Shown here in pieces: positions 35,454 through 45,589 of a stretch of 55,433 nt of DNA (position 1 is its first letter; each line of letters begins with the position of its first letter). Under the pieces are notes generated by a model. The model had not been told where the DNA came from. It worked only from the letters and a program-made list of their open reading frames with translations, and ran no database searches. Position numbers and translations under genes: made by a program. Source of the DNA: Candidatus Saccharimonadales bacterium (GTDB taxonomy: Bacteria > Patescibacteriota > Saccharimonadia > Saccharimonadales > UBA10212); NCBI GenBank assembly GCA_035694865.1, contig DASSFC010000020.1, positions 1 through 55,433 of the forward strand, read 5' to 3'.

Positions 35454-35749
35454 AAGGGATTATTGCGGGCTTGCTCAAACAATGTATGCACGCTCGTATT
35501 GTTCTGTTCAAGTGACTGAATCTGGTCAACGGCGCCCTTATCGATTTTCGGTATGGAATTGGTGATGGTGACCTGCTGTGAAGCATCGGGCTCGGCGTTG
35601 GCAAAACGGTTGATTTTAAAGACGACAAAAATGTAACACAGCAGCACAATCAACAGAGCCGCGAAGACCATATGTTTGCCGAACCGCTTTGTGAAATTGT
35701 TTATAAACGGGCCGAGCTTTATTGATTTTAAATCTATATTGGAGTTCAT
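35444..35749 (-). CDS. Single-pass membrane protein, last gene of the pilus operon
   Basis: ATGA overlap with the pilO-like gene; one TM helix and no motif. Confidence 0.5.
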   Translation of the reverse strand: MNSNIDLKSIKLGPFINNFTKRFGKHMVFAALLIVLLCYIFVVFKINRFANAEPDASQQVTITNSIPKIDKGAVDQIQSLEQNNTSVHTLFEQARNNPFQE

Positions 35750-36381
35750 GGCTTCATAAAGATATTAATTTGCAAAGACAGGTCGAGGCCGCCGGCATTA
35801 GCGTCCGGTTCGATACTAACTTGGGCTATCTGGGCGGTCCGTCGGCTCTTTTCAATCTGGTCCAAAAAATTGAGGATCTGAGCGTAAGTTATCTGCTGTG
35901 TGTTCGGGGGTGTTTTACTGCTATTAGCGGTCACGGTCAGCTCCAGGCTATATAGGCCGGCGATACCGCTGACCGGTTTGGCCTGACTAATGGCGCTGAG
36001 TGAAGACGAAGAGACCGCATTGGCAGTGCCGGACGCCCCTCCAAGAGTACTGGTCGGGAATGTAATGCTCTGCAGGGAAAAGCCGGCTTGCGAGGCCATC
36101 TGGTTAAGCTCTAAAACGGTCTGGGCCTGGTTTTTATCATTCGGGATAACTGATTGGGCTACGCTTTTAAAGTAAGAATACTTCTCTACGTCCTTTTTTG
36201 TCTGTTCTAAATTGGCTAACTGGGCGTCGGCGGTCTGGCTTTGGATCTTTAAATCGACTAGTTTGCGGCTCTTTGAAGATAACAAAGATAACCCCTCGAT
36301 CATGACCACGAAGAAGACGATAATTGATATACCAAGTGTGCACAGCAGGATCCAGCGCAACGTCTTGTTAGTCAATTTCAT
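35746..36381 (-). CDS. pilO: Type IV pilus assembly protein PilO-like
   Basis: N-terminal TM, a coiled coil, then an alpha/beta domain. Positioned after pilM-pilN. Confidence 0.6.
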   Translation of the reverse strand: MKLTNKTLRWILLCTLGISIIVFFVVMIEGLSLLSSKSRKLVDLKIQSQTADAQLANLEQTKKDVEKYSYFKSVAQSVIPNDKNQAQTVLELNQMASQAGFSLQSITFPTSTLGGASGTANAVSSSSLSAISQAKPVSGIAGLYSLELTVTANSSKTPPNTQQITYAQILNFLDQIEKSRRTAQIAQVSIEPDANAGGLDLSLQINIFMKP

Positions 36382-36383
36382 CT

Positions 36384-36980
36384 TCAGTTACCTTTGGCCA
36401 CACTTAAGAATTTGGTTTGCGCGGTTTTAGAGAATAAGGCTCGGTAGGTCGAGGTGCACTTATATGTCAGGGTGGCCGTAGTACCGCCGCAGTTAATACC
36501 GATAATATCGACCTTAGAGAATAAACTGTTGCTGGCCTGGCTTAAATTGACGGCGACCTGGGCTGCCGAGGCGTAACTAACGGTGTTAGCAGTGAGATCG
36601 AGAGCACCGCTGACGTTGTTGCTCAGGCTGAGTGATCCGAGAACCGCGCCGGATGGCATGTCGTTTCCGATGGCCTGGATAAGGTCGGAAAAACGAACCT
36701 CAGTACCCAGCACTTTGTTTATAACTTTAATATCGCCGGTGATTTCTTTGGCGTCTTTCTGCACCTGGCTGAGGTTCTGGGCTTTGAGTTCCTGCTTAGT
36801 ATTATCGATACCTTTGCTGTAGTTATGCTGTTGTCTGTCCAGATACACCCAGCCGCCGCCGACAATCAGCATCAGTCCGGCGATTGCACTGAAAAGCCCG
36901 AGCAACCAGTTGCGCAATTTTGTATTTTGGCGGCCGTAGCGGATAGAATCGGCCCGGACTGTCGGCAGTAAATTTATCAT
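36384..36980 (-). CDS. pilN: Type IV pilus assembly protein PilN
   Basis: MINLLP start and a single TM; overlaps pilM by 4 nt. Confidence 0.7.
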   Translation of the reverse strand: MINLLPTVRADSIRYGRQNTKLRNWLLGLFSAIAGLMLIVGGGWVYLDRQQHNYSKGIDNTKQELKAQNLSQVQKDAKEITGDIKVINKVLGTEVRFSDLIQAIGNDMPSGAVLGSLSLSNNVSGALDLTANTVSYASAAQVAVNLSQASNSLFSKVDIIGINCGGTTATLTYKCTSTYRALFSKTAQTKFLSVAKGN

Positions 36981-38044
36981 GTCAGGATCTCCGTCGGGCT
37001 GACTAAGGCTTCGCCGGCGACAATGGAAAACATCGCCAAATCAGCCTCTGATGGAGGTGTTAGTTTACCAAAACTAATTTTTTGCCAGATATCGAGATTG
37101 TAAGTGGGCAGCCTTAGCTCTTTAGACAGGTACTGGTTTAAACCAGGCATGACCGAGCCGCCCCCGACCGTTATGATACGCGTAATTTTACCGTGCGATT
37201 GGGAGTGTTCGGCATAATAGCGGACCGACTTTTCAATTTCCCTAACCAGCCCTTCTAGCTGCGGCTTGATAGCATCGACAATCCGCTGCTGCTTATCGCT
37301 GTAGGCTATGCCAAATTCACTACTCAGGTTAGATGCCTGTTCTATCGTCAGATGAAGATGCTGCGAGATAGATTGGACCATATTATCACCGCCACTGCTG
37401 ACTGTACTGGCTACCAGAAGTGTTTTGTCGAATACGGCGATGTCGGTCGTGACCGACCCGAGGTCGACTATTATTGCCGGCTGCTCATTAGCCTCACCCT
37501 GGAGCTGGACTAAGCGCGACGCGGCATTGATACTCGGTTCAAACGCCACCGGTTCGAGCGACAGCGCCTCAAAGAGCTGGGAATAGCTGTCGATTATATT
37601 TTTAGAAGCCGCTACCAGCAGAATATCCATACCGCTGTCATCTTGATGGGTTATTTCGTAATCCAGATAAAGGCTGTTAGTGGGAATGGGTATGTACTGT
37701 TCGGCTTCCAGGTGGATTGCCTCCATAATCGCAGCGTGGTCCAGCGGCGGCACTTTCATCTGCCGGCTGAAGGTTTTAGACGTTGGTATGCTGCAGGCTA
37801 CCCGCCGGCTGGTAATCGAGCCTTTCAGATTTTTCTCGAACAGGTCATGGACAGCTTTGGCTATGGAATCCGGCTTAACAATCACCCCGTTCTGGACAGC
37901 GGCTGACTCAAAAGATGACAACCCATAACCGGTAACCACAGGAGTTTTGCCATCAGAGCCATCTATCTGCATAGCCTTTAGGCTGGTGTGGCCTATATCC
38001 AACCCAAAGAGGGGTTCGTCACGATAAAATTTTAGATTGCCCAT
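36977..38044 (-). CDS. pilM: Type IV pilus assembly ATPase-fold protein PilM
   Basis: Actin-like fold motifs LFGLDIGHTSLKAMQI and VVDLGSVTTDIAVF. Confidence 0.85.
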   Translation of the reverse strand: MGNLKFYRDEPLFGLDIGHTSLKAMQIDGSDGKTPVVTGYGLSSFESAAVQNGVIVKPDSIAKAVHDLFEKNLKGSITSRRVACSIPTSKTFSRQMKVPPLDHAAIMEAIHLEAEQYIPIPTNSLYLDYEITHQDDSGMDILLVAASKNIIDSYSQLFEALSLEPVAFEPSINAASRLVQLQGEANEQPAIIVDLGSVTTDIAVFDKTLLVASTVSSGGDNMVQSISQHLHLTIEQASNLSSEFGIAYSDKQQRIVDAIKPQLEGLVREIEKSVRYYAEHSQSHGKITRIITVGGGSVMPGLNQYLSKELRLPTYNLDIWQKISFGKLTPPSEADLAMFSIVAGEALVSPTEILT

Positions 38045-38105
38045 CCGTTTGTGTTTAGGTTTATCCTAAATTTAAGTATAGCAAGCCTTTATCTGTTACA
38101 ACAGC

Positions 38106-39527
38106 CTACAGTCGCCGATAACGTTCAGCGTGCCAAGATAAGTTAATCGGCACGACCGATGAATCGAAGGTTGCATTTAGATTTAAGTCGAACGGCGTAC
38201 CCGGGTTGGTGGCGATGAATATATTCTTGCCGGACAAACCGCCTAGGGCTGGGGTAGCGCCAAACTTTGTTTGGTCCAGACAGATACCATTATTTGCTAA
38301 CAGATAAACCGCAGGTGCCACTGTTTGCCCGCTGTTACCTACGTAAATCGCATCACCCAAGGGACAGGCATTGGTATGAAGCGAGTTGTCCGCGCCGTAA
38401 CTTATCAGTACCAGGGGGCCGCTGCCGGCTGCGGTATTGATACTGTTAAAGTTGACGTAACCCTCGACAAAAATGTAATGGACATTGCCACTGGGATTGT
38501 AAAAAATAGGGTTACACGCAGTAGCTGAACACAGGTTGGCCCTTATATGAACGTTGTCAGTAATATTGTATTGATTACTGCCGAGGCTAAGATCCCCGGA
38601 GGTTCCGCAAGAAGTGCTAATGTTGCTGCCGTTGTCGGGGTAGTGGGTTTTTTTGCTGTTTAGGACAGATGGAATTTGCCTTGGTGATGTACCAGTCGTC
38701 CAGTCATTACAGTTGCCGGCGGCAATGTACGAACTGTCCATGTATTGCGACCATGGGATAAAAGTTGACTGTACTTTAGGTATCGAGGTTTGGTTTGCTT
38801 GTACGTTGAAATTGCTGTTGCTGGTGTTACCGGGAGGATTTATGCAGTTGTTATAGGCCACCGTAATATTAGTTTTGGTCTGGCCCGGGGTGTTAAATGA
38901 AGAGGGCTTAACAAGATTGCCGGATCCTCCGATTGAACAATTACTGGCCCCGGTATTTTTACCGGCTATTGTAATGTTCTGAGCCACGATGTTATTGGTG
39001 TTTTTCTCGGTGTTCAAATAGCCGTTTATGTAGAGATCTTTGGCGAAAACATTTTTAACGCCGCTGCCAACCTCGATGATGTTTCGGCTTAATATTCCGG
39101 TCACGGCCACGGAGTCCGAAGTATGTTGTGTTACCACTTCAATTTTGCGTATATAACTGGCGGTCGCAGCTGTAGCAGGGGAGTAGACTTTGCCGGTGGA
39201 AGTGATTATCTTCTCGTTGGCCGCCGAACCGGCTACGACAGTAGTCGAGAAAGTAGCTTTGTACTTACTATTGTTAAGAAGTGTAACCTCGCTGCCGCCT
39301 GTGCCGGTATAGGCCGCATTTGGGTCGGCATTTAAGTATCCGATGGCGGCATCAGCGCCGGACTCCGCCGCATATTGTGATTCCAGGCTGAGTACCCGGC
39401 TGCGCGCCCGACTTACGTTGGATGTGGCGTATACCACCAAGGCAGCCATGATTATGGACAGGCCGATACTGATAGTCAGGACGCTGATGATAACTAAACC
39501 CTGTTGATTGGTTTGTGGTTTTTTCAT
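38106..39527 (-). CDS. Large (473 aa) PilX-like pilus-associated protein, Asn/Ser/Thr-rich; candidate tip adhesin
   Basis: The hydrophobic N-terminus QQGLVIISVLTISIGLSIIMAALVV resembles a PilX_N segment. It lacks a G-F-T-x-x-E prepilin site, overlaps the upstream minor pilin gene by 4 nt, and has a long beta-rich N/S/T/G body. Confidence 0.5.
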   Translation of the reverse strand: MKKPQTNQQGLVIISVLTISIGLSIIMAALVVYATSNVSRARSRVLSLESQYAAESGADAAIGYLNADPNAAYTGTGGSEVTLLNNSKYKATFSTTVVAGSAANEKIITSTGKVYSPATAATASYIRKIEVVTQHTSDSVAVTGILSRNIIEVGSGVKNVFAKDLYINGYLNTEKNTNNIVAQNITIAGKNTGASNCSIGGSGNLVKPSSFNTPGQTKTNITVAYNNCINPPGNTSNSNFNVQANQTSIPKVQSTFIPWSQYMDSSYIAAGNCNDWTTGTSPRQIPSVLNSKKTHYPDNGSNISTSCGTSGDLSLGSNQYNITDNVHIRANLCSATACNPIFYNPSGNVHYIFVEGYVNFNSINTAAGSGPLVLISYGADNSLHTNACPLGDAIYVGNSGQTVAPAVYLLANNGICLDQTKFGATPALGGLSGKNIFIATNPGTPFDLNLNATFDSSVVPINLSWHAERYRRL

Positions 39528-40300
39528 GAATTTCTCAGCGCAATCCTGATTATAGTGCTGCTCTTGGTTAAGTTGGTCGATGAGTAATATGGTTGCTTAG
39601 AAAGGTTTAGTGTGAATTCAACCACCTCAACGGCCGGGAAGTCCGGTCCGGCGTACTGGCCGGTATTCGGGTCGATAATAGAAGTCCAGTCGATCAAGTT
39701 ACCTGTCCGTGAAAAGTAGCGCATACTGACTGACCCTAAATTAGAAGCTACAGTCTTGTCCGCCGGACAGGTAGAGCTGGATTGGGCCGGCGGGCAGGTA
39801 GTCTTAAGCGCATCACCATTAGCCGAGGGGTTGACCAGAGTCCTTAACATCAGAGCCTTTTGACTGCCGTCTAAGTACAGTATGTATTCATCTTCGTAGG
39901 GCTGGCTGCCGTTCATGATGTATTGTTTGGATGAATTGAAGCTGTAGCGCCTGAAGTAAATCAAAGGTTTATAAGTTCCGCTGGCGCCGACTTGGGTAGT
40001 GCCGGGAACCGCGTGAATGGGCTGCCAGTAATTATTGCCGGGGATGGATGTATCAGGCACCAAAGTATGGGCGTCGGAAATGCTGTTCTGGATGATCAAT
40101 CCGGCCGACGTACCTACTTCATCGCGTAAGGCATCCCCGGCGTTAAACCGGGTTACCAGCGTGTCGTTTTCGGACTCCAGTGTGGCGCTGCCGCGCCACA
40201 TATCGAAGGCGAACACCATAATGATAAGAGTCATGATGGTGGTTAGGATGATAGCTATCAACAGCTCGGTTATAGTAAAGCCAGACTCGGGCCGATTCAT
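39524..40300 (-). CDS. Minor pilin with prepilin-type N-terminal cleavage/methylation motif (PilW-like)
   Basis: The G/FTITELLIAII class III signal. Confidence 0.65.
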   Translation of the reverse strand: MNRPESGFTITELLIAIILTTIMTLIIMVFAFDMWRGSATLESENDTLVTRFNAGDALRDEVGTSAGLIIQNSISDAHTLVPDTSIPGNNYWQPIHAVPGTTQVGASGTYKPLIYFRRYSFNSSKQYIMNGSQPYEDEYILYLDGSQKALMLRTLVNPSANGDALKTTCPPAQSSSTCPADKTVASNLGSVSMRYFSRTGNLIDWTSIIDPNTGQYAGPDFPAVEVVEFTLNLSKQPYYSSTNLTKSSTIIRIALRNS

Positions 40301-40749
40301 AGCTGGCCGATACCGTTTCTGGTAATTAGCATTCTCAGCTCCATAGCCGGGGCCGAGCTGTTGATTCGGCTAACCTGGATATCGATAACTTTACTGTCAG
40401 GCACAGCCTGGAGCGGGTCGGTATTTGGCAGTGAACTAGACTGAGTAACGGTCAGGCTGGGGGTGTAATTATAGATTGCTACGCCGTTATTTTCGCCGTA
40501 AAAAGTATTATTCGGATAGCAATTGTTGGCGCCCGTGACAATATCATAGTCCAGTGCCCGGTCTATCTCAGGGCAAGCGCTTAAAATTGCGTAAATATCA
40601 TTATATTGCCGGGCTCGAGTGTAATCGGTTGAGATGGCTCTAAAAACAGCATAGGTTGAGATAACTACTAAAGGGAAAACCGCACACGCCACCGCGATTT
40701 CGATAACCGTGAATCCGGCTGGCTTTTTGTTTTTTAGAAAAAGCTTCAT
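40297..40749 (-). CDS. Minor pilin with prepilin-type N-terminal motif (PilV-like)
   Basis: The G/FTVIEIAVACAVF class III signal. Confidence 0.6.
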   Translation of the reverse strand: MKLFLKNKKPAGFTVIEIAVACAVFPLVVISTYAVFRAISTDYTRARQYNDIYAILSACPEIDRALDYDIVTGANNCYPNNTFYGENNGVAIYNYTPSLTVTQSSSLPNTDPLQAVPDSKVIDIQVSRINSSAPAMELRMLITRNGIGQL

Positions 40750-40791
40750 GCTTAAGCTTAATTATAAGGCTTTGGACTGTTATTTAAGCCA

Positions 40792-40826
40792 TAAACAAAA
40801 ACCGGGCACTTTAAAGTTAAGTGCCC
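40792..40826 (-). terminator. Rho-independent terminator after pilA (GGGCACTT-loop-AAGTGCCC followed by GGTTTTTGTTT on the minus strand)
   Basis: An 8-bp stem at 40804..40826, with the complementary A-rich tract at 40792..40801 on the plus strand. Confidence 0.65.
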
Positions 40827-40846
40827 AGTTTGGATAGCTTTAAGCT

Positions 40847-41317
40847 CTAGTTGTTGGACTGGACGGAGAACGTACCGCCGGTTTCCAGGTCGGCTGTCAG
40901 CACATAGTTTGTGCAGTCGCCGTTGGCGCCATTGTCGCAGTTGGCCGGTGTGGTGGAGTAACCGTAGCAGTTAGCCGCAGCAGAAGCGCAAAGCTGTTGT
41001 GAGCCTGCGTTCTTCGGATCGGCAAAGGCTGCCAGGTCTAAGCCCTTGAAGTTGTTGGTTCGGAATGTCGCATCGTTGGCTTGTGTAAGCGTCGGATACT
41101 TGGCATTGTCAGCCCAATAGGCTTCGAAGTGGCCTTGCAAAGCCTTTATGTCGGTCTTGCGCTCTGTATCGCGTGCTTTTTGCTGGATACCGTTATAGGT
41201 AACAATTACCAAAGCAGCCAGGATACCGATGACAACGATGACGATCAAAAGTTCGACAATCGTGAAACCGCCCCTGTCTTCTTGCAGGCGCTGCCTTAAG
41301 TTTTTAAATGAAGTCAT
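40847..41317 (-). CDS. pilA: Major type IV pilin
   Basis: G/FTIVELLIVIVVIGILAALVIVTYNGIQQKAR with Glu5. I chose the ATG at 41317 (SD AAGGGTGG upstream) rather than the GTG at 41329. A terminator lies downstream. Confidence 0.85.
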   Translation of the reverse strand: MTSFKNLRQRLQEDRGGFTIVELLIVIVVIGILAALVIVTYNGIQQKARDTERKTDIKALQGHFEAYWADNAKYPTLTQANDATFRTNNFKGLDLAAFADPKNAGSQQLCASAAANCYGYSTTPANCDNGANGDCTNYVLTADLETGGTFSVQSNN

Positions 41318-41428
41318 TTTATGACCCACCCTTCTTAATTTACTTTTTAATTTATTTTTAGGAACATCATTTGTTCTATGACCTTGATTATAAGCATAAC
41401 CCTTTGGTTGTCAAGCTGTTGCCGGCCC

Positions 41429-42646
41429 CTAACTGCCAATGTTCTTGGATAGTGAGGCTATGGGGCCCATAACAGAGGCTGCAATCAGGCCGACGACACT
41501 ACCCAAAACTATAATCATTATCGGCTCGATAATGCTGGCCAGGCCGTCGATTACAGCGTCGACCTCTTCTTCATAAAAGTCAGCGACCTTGATCAGGACT
41601 TCATCCACTTTACCCGTTTCTTCACCGACTGACAGCATCTGCCCTACTATTGGGGGAAAGAATTTAGCGGTTAGTAATTGCTTACCCAGCGGCTGGCCGT
41701 TTTTTACGGCCACAGCTACTTCACTCAGTTCTTTCTGGATTACCTTGTTACCCACAGCCCGGCCGGTGACCTCCAATGCGTCCAGCACACTGACGCCGGA
41801 GCCCATTAAGGAAGAGAAAGTTCTGGAAAAACGGGCAACAGCTACCTTGGTGACAATGTTGCCGACGATTGGCAGTCTAAGCAGGAAACCATGCCAGCGG
41901 TATTTTCCTTTCTCGGTCTTAATGTAGTGACGAAAACTAAAAATCAGTGCGGCTGAAATTATAACTATAAATATGATGTTATGAAGCATAAAATTACTGA
42001 TAGCGAGTAATAGCCTGGTCTGGACCGGCAGTTTAGCGTTAGGGCCGCCAAGGTCAGTAAATATCTTGCCGATTTTAGGAATGATGAAAAGCATGATTCC
42101 AAAAAAGGCGATAATCGTCACGCACATAATCACCACCGGGTAGGCCATAGCCGATTTTATTTTTTTACGGATCGAGGAGTCTTTTTCTACCTGCCCGGCG
42201 AGACGCTTTAAAATATCATCCAAAATGCCGCCGGCTTCGCCGGCGCGTACCATATTCACGTAAACATCATTGAATATAGTCGGGAATTTAGCCATGGCAT
42301 CGCCCAGCGGCTGGCCAGCTTCAACATCATGGTTAATGCTGGCTATCGTATCCTGAAAAACCTTATTGTCAAACTGGCTTTGCATGGTACTAAGAGCCCT
42401 GGGCAAAGGGACACCGGCGTTAATCATGGTTGATAATTCACGAGTAAAAATCACCAGATCCCTTAGCTTTACTTTGGGCTTGCCAAGGGCGAAATTGAAG
42501 CCTTTGCCTTTTGATATTTTGACACTTAATGGCCGCGATCCCTGGCTGCGCAGCTCAGTCACAGCCGCATCGCGGCTGCCGGCCGTAATCACACCCGATA
42601 TGTGTTCACCTTTGCTGTTTATAGCGTTGTATGCAAAATCAGCCAT
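41429..42646 (-). CDS. pilC: Type IV pilus platform protein PilC (GspF family)
   Basis: Two T2SSF repeats and three TM segments; 405 aa. Confidence 0.9.
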   Translation of the reverse strand: MADFAYNAINSKGEHISGVITAGSRDAAVTELRSQGSRPLSVKISKGKGFNFALGKPKVKLRDLVIFTRELSTMINAGVPLPRALSTMQSQFDNKVFQDTIASINHDVEAGQPLGDAMAKFPTIFNDVYVNMVRAGEAGGILDDILKRLAGQVEKDSSIRKKIKSAMAYPVVIMCVTIIAFFGIMLFIIPKIGKIFTDLGGPNAKLPVQTRLLLAISNFMLHNIIFIVIISAALIFSFRHYIKTEKGKYRWHGFLLRLPIVGNIVTKVAVARFSRTFSSLMGSGVSVLDALEVTGRAVGNKVIQKELSEVAVAVKNGQPLGKQLLTAKFFPPIVGQMLSVGEETGKVDEVLIKVADFYEEEVDAVIDGLASIIEPIMIIVLGSVVGLIAASVMGPIASLSKNIGS

Positions 42647-42647
42647 T

Positions 42648-44447
42648 TTAATGTTCGGCAGTTACCCTCATTATTTCTTCCAGGGTCGTCTGACCCTGCA
42701 GAGCCTTTATAAGTCCGTCGGTCTGCATCGTCACCATACCTTCTTTGACGGCTTCGTCTTGGATGGTTTCGCTGGTTGAACCGCTGATGATATGTCTCTG
42801 GATAGCCGGGGTTATAGGTAACACTTCATATACGCCGAGCCGACCTTTAAACGAGGCGGCACCAGCTTCGCCCTTCATTCGCCATAGCCGGCTGAAGCTG
42901 GTGCCGGTACTGGACGGCTCGGCGTGGGCCACAGCCGAAGTACTGCTTAGGACTTGCTCCATCTCGGACTTTATATAATCCTCCTCAAACTTATGTATCC
43001 GGGCCATGTCTTCATCGGAATTAATGTTAAAAGCGGCGCGAATCCGTTTGACTGTGGCTTCGTCCGGCCGGAATATCTCAGTACTTTCCGGGACTAATTT
43101 TCGGACCAGCCGCTGGGCAACAACTGCCCGGACTGTACTGGCGATTAAGAATGGCTCGATACCCATATCCAGTAAACGCGGCAGGCTGGTCGCTGCATTA
43201 TTGGTATGCAGAGTAGAAAAAACCAGATGGCCGGTCAGGGCTGCCTGGACCGCCAGATTAGCCGTTTCTGAATCCCGGATTTCTCCAACCATAATGATAT
43301 TCGGGTCCTGGCGCAGCAGGGCCCTCAGGCCGTTAGCGAAGGTCATACCGGCTAGGGGGTTGACCTGGACCTGGTTGACACCCGGGATTTTATATTCGAC
43401 CGGATCCTCGACAGTACTGATATTTACCGATGGCTGGTTCAGCCGGCTCAGGATGCTGAATAAACTGGTAGACTTACCCGACCCGGTCGGACCAGTAAAC
43501 AAAATCATACCGTGCGGGCTGGTGAGGCCATGCTCCAGGCTCTCGAGGTTAGTGCCCCAAAAGCCCAAATCTTTCAGACTGCTCGGCTTGCTTGATTCGT
43601 TTAAGATACGCATCACGACCTTTTCACCATCAACTATCGGCAGTGTGCTGACACGCAAGGCGTACTCGCCGCTGCCAAGGGTGACCTTAAAACGGCCGTC
43701 TTGCGGGGCGCGGCGCTCGTCAATCTTCAAGTTAGATAAAATCTTGATGCGGCTGACGAGCGCCGCGACTATCTTCTTTGGCAGCTGGTTGGTCTCGCGC
43801 AGCTGGCCATCGATACGATAGCGCACCGAAACATATTCCTCGCGTGGTTCGATATGTATATCGCTGGCGCCTTGTTTGATGGCATATTCGATAATCAGAT
43901 TGACTGTTTTGGCGACCGGGCTATCCTCGGCCACATCAGCCTCAGATACTTCCTCTTCTGTCGGCCCGGTACTGTCACTTTCGGCGATAACATCGGTCAA
44001 CTCGCTGCCGATATTCGAACGGTACTGGTCAATCGCCTGTTGGATATTGGTATGGGTAGCTATGTAAACCTTTATGTTGCTGCCGAGCTGTTTTTGTAAG
44101 AATGAAAAAGCCTGGACATCGTCAGGGTCTTCCATGGCCAGCAGCCGGGTGCCGTCTTGGGAAATATCAAACAAAACCGAATTATATTGCCGGGCGATAT
44201 GCTCTGGAATCAGGGTCAAGACTTCTTTGCGGATATTTTTAGGAATGATTTCGACGAATGGGACTTCGATCCGGGCGGCGAACAGCCGCGTCAAATCCGC
44301 TTCAGGCAGTAGGTTGTCTTTAATGACCAAATCCTGCAGCGGCTGCTTATCGGTTTTTTGTTCTTCGAGGAGCTTGTGGAGCTGTTCGTCGGTGACCTTG
44401 CGGCTCTCTTTAAGCAATCCAATAACTAGAGCGTCGCTAATACGCAT
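42648..44447 (-). CDS. pilB: Type IV pilus extension ATPase PilB (GspE family)
   Basis: N-terminal GSPII_E_N-like domain, Walker A GPTGSGKST, and Asp and His boxes. Confidence 0.93.
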   Translation of the reverse strand: MRISDALVIGLLKESRKVTDEQLHKLLEEQKTDKQPLQDLVIKDNLLPEADLTRLFAARIEVPFVEIIPKNIRKEVLTLIPEHIARQYNSVLFDISQDGTRLLAMEDPDDVQAFSFLQKQLGSNIKVYIATHTNIQQAIDQYRSNIGSELTDVIAESDSTGPTEEEVSEADVAEDSPVAKTVNLIIEYAIKQGASDIHIEPREEYVSVRYRIDGQLRETNQLPKKIVAALVSRIKILSNLKIDERRAPQDGRFKVTLGSGEYALRVSTLPIVDGEKVVMRILNESSKPSSLKDLGFWGTNLESLEHGLTSPHGMILFTGPTGSGKSTSLFSILSRLNQPSVNISTVEDPVEYKIPGVNQVQVNPLAGMTFANGLRALLRQDPNIIMVGEIRDSETANLAVQAALTGHLVFSTLHTNNAATSLPRLLDMGIEPFLIASTVRAVVAQRLVRKLVPESTEIFRPDEATVKRIRAAFNINSDEDMARIHKFEEDYIKSEMEQVLSSTSAVAHAEPSSTGTSFSRLWRMKGEAGAASFKGRLGVYEVLPITPAIQRHIISGSTSETIQDEAVKEGMVTMQTDGLIKALQGQTTLEEIMRVTAEH

Positions 44448-44518
44448 ATGCTTAAGTATAGAAGGAATCCATAAAAGTTTACATACATTAACTTGAGCAA
44501 TTTCTAAACTGTTGAGGT

Positions 44519-44527
44519 TGGTATAAT
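44519..44527 (+). promoter_or_regulatory. Extended -10 element TGGTATAAT upstream of recA
   Basis: It lies 34 nt upstream of the recA ATG. No good -35 box is visible. Confidence 0.45.
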
Positions 44528-44560
44528 ATAAGTAGCAATTTAGTGGAGTTTGGAGGAGTA

Positions 44561-45580
44561 ATGGCAGAGAGAAAAGTTAAAGACGCCCCGGTATCCAGCG
44601 GTAAGTCACAAGCCCTGGATTTAGCAGTTGCCCAGATAGAAAAGCAGTTTGGCAAGGGCAGTATCATGCGCCTGGGTGAGGCCCATACTGTTACTGTAGA
44701 AACTATACCCAGTGGCTCGATCGGACTTGATTTAGCCTTAGGGGGCGGTATTCCCAAAGGCCGGATCATAGAGATTTACGGACCGGAAAGTTCTGGTAAG
44801 ACCACTGTTTGCTTGCACGCTGTCGCTGAAGTCCAAAAGTCCGGCGGCACAGCCGCTTATGTCGATGCCGAGCACGCACTTGACCCGGCCTATGCTAAAC
44901 GCTTAGGAGTAGACACTGATAAGTTATTGATAAGCCAGCCGGATAGCGGCGAACAGGCTTTGGAAGTAGTCGAAACATTGGTGCGCAGCAACGCTGTCGA
45001 CATCATCGTCGTCGACAGCGTTGCTGCGCTGGTCCCCCAGGCCGAAATCGAAGGCGATATGGGCGATGCCCATATGGGTCTGCAGGCCCGCCTGATGAGC
45101 CAGGCCCTGCGCAAGCTCACAGGTGTAATTAACCGCTCCAAGACTACAGTTATCTTTGTAAACCAGCTGCGTATGAAAATCGGTGTCATGTTTGGCAACC
45201 CCGAGACCACTACCGGGGGTAACGCTCTCAAGTTTTACGCCAGCGTCCGTATGGACATCCGCCGCATCAGCCAAATCAAACAGGGCGACCAAGTCATCGG
45301 CAACCACGTCCGCGTCAAAGTCGTTAAAAACAAGGTGGCACCGCCATTCCGCGAAGCCGAATTCGATATAATGTACAACCAAGGCATCAGCAAAGAAGGC
45401 GACCTTATAGACCTGTCCGTTAACCACGGGATAGTCGAGAAGTCAGGCGCCTGGTACGTCTATAAAGGTGAAAATATTGCCCAGGGCCGTGAAGCCGCCA
45501 AGCGATACCTGGCCGAGCACCCCAAAGTTTACGACGAGATCGCCAAAACCACTATCGAATCTGCCCAAGCCGCGCAGTAG
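44561..45580 (+). CDS. recA: Recombinase RecA
   Basis: I chose the ATG after the GGAGGAG SD. Motifs: Walker [10 protein letters not shown], with loops L1/L2 conserved. Confidence 0.97.
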   Translation: MAERKVKDAPVSSGKSQALDLAVAQIEKQFGKGSIMRLGEAHTVTVETIPSGSIGLDLALGGGIPKGRIIEIYGPESSGKTTVCLHAVAEVQKSGGTAAYVDAEHALDPAYAKRLGVDTDKLLISQPDSGEQALEVVETLVRSNAVDIIVVDSVAALVPQAEIEGDMGDAHMGLQARLMSQALRKLTGVINRSKTTVIFVNQLRMKIGVMFGNPETTTGGNALKFYASVRMDIRRISQIKQGDQVIGNHVRVKVVKNKVAPPFREAEFDIMYNQGISKEGDLIDLSVNHGIVEKSGAWYVYKGENIAQGREAAKRYLAEHPKVYDEIAKTTIESAQAAQ

Positions 45581-45589
45581 AATAGTCCT

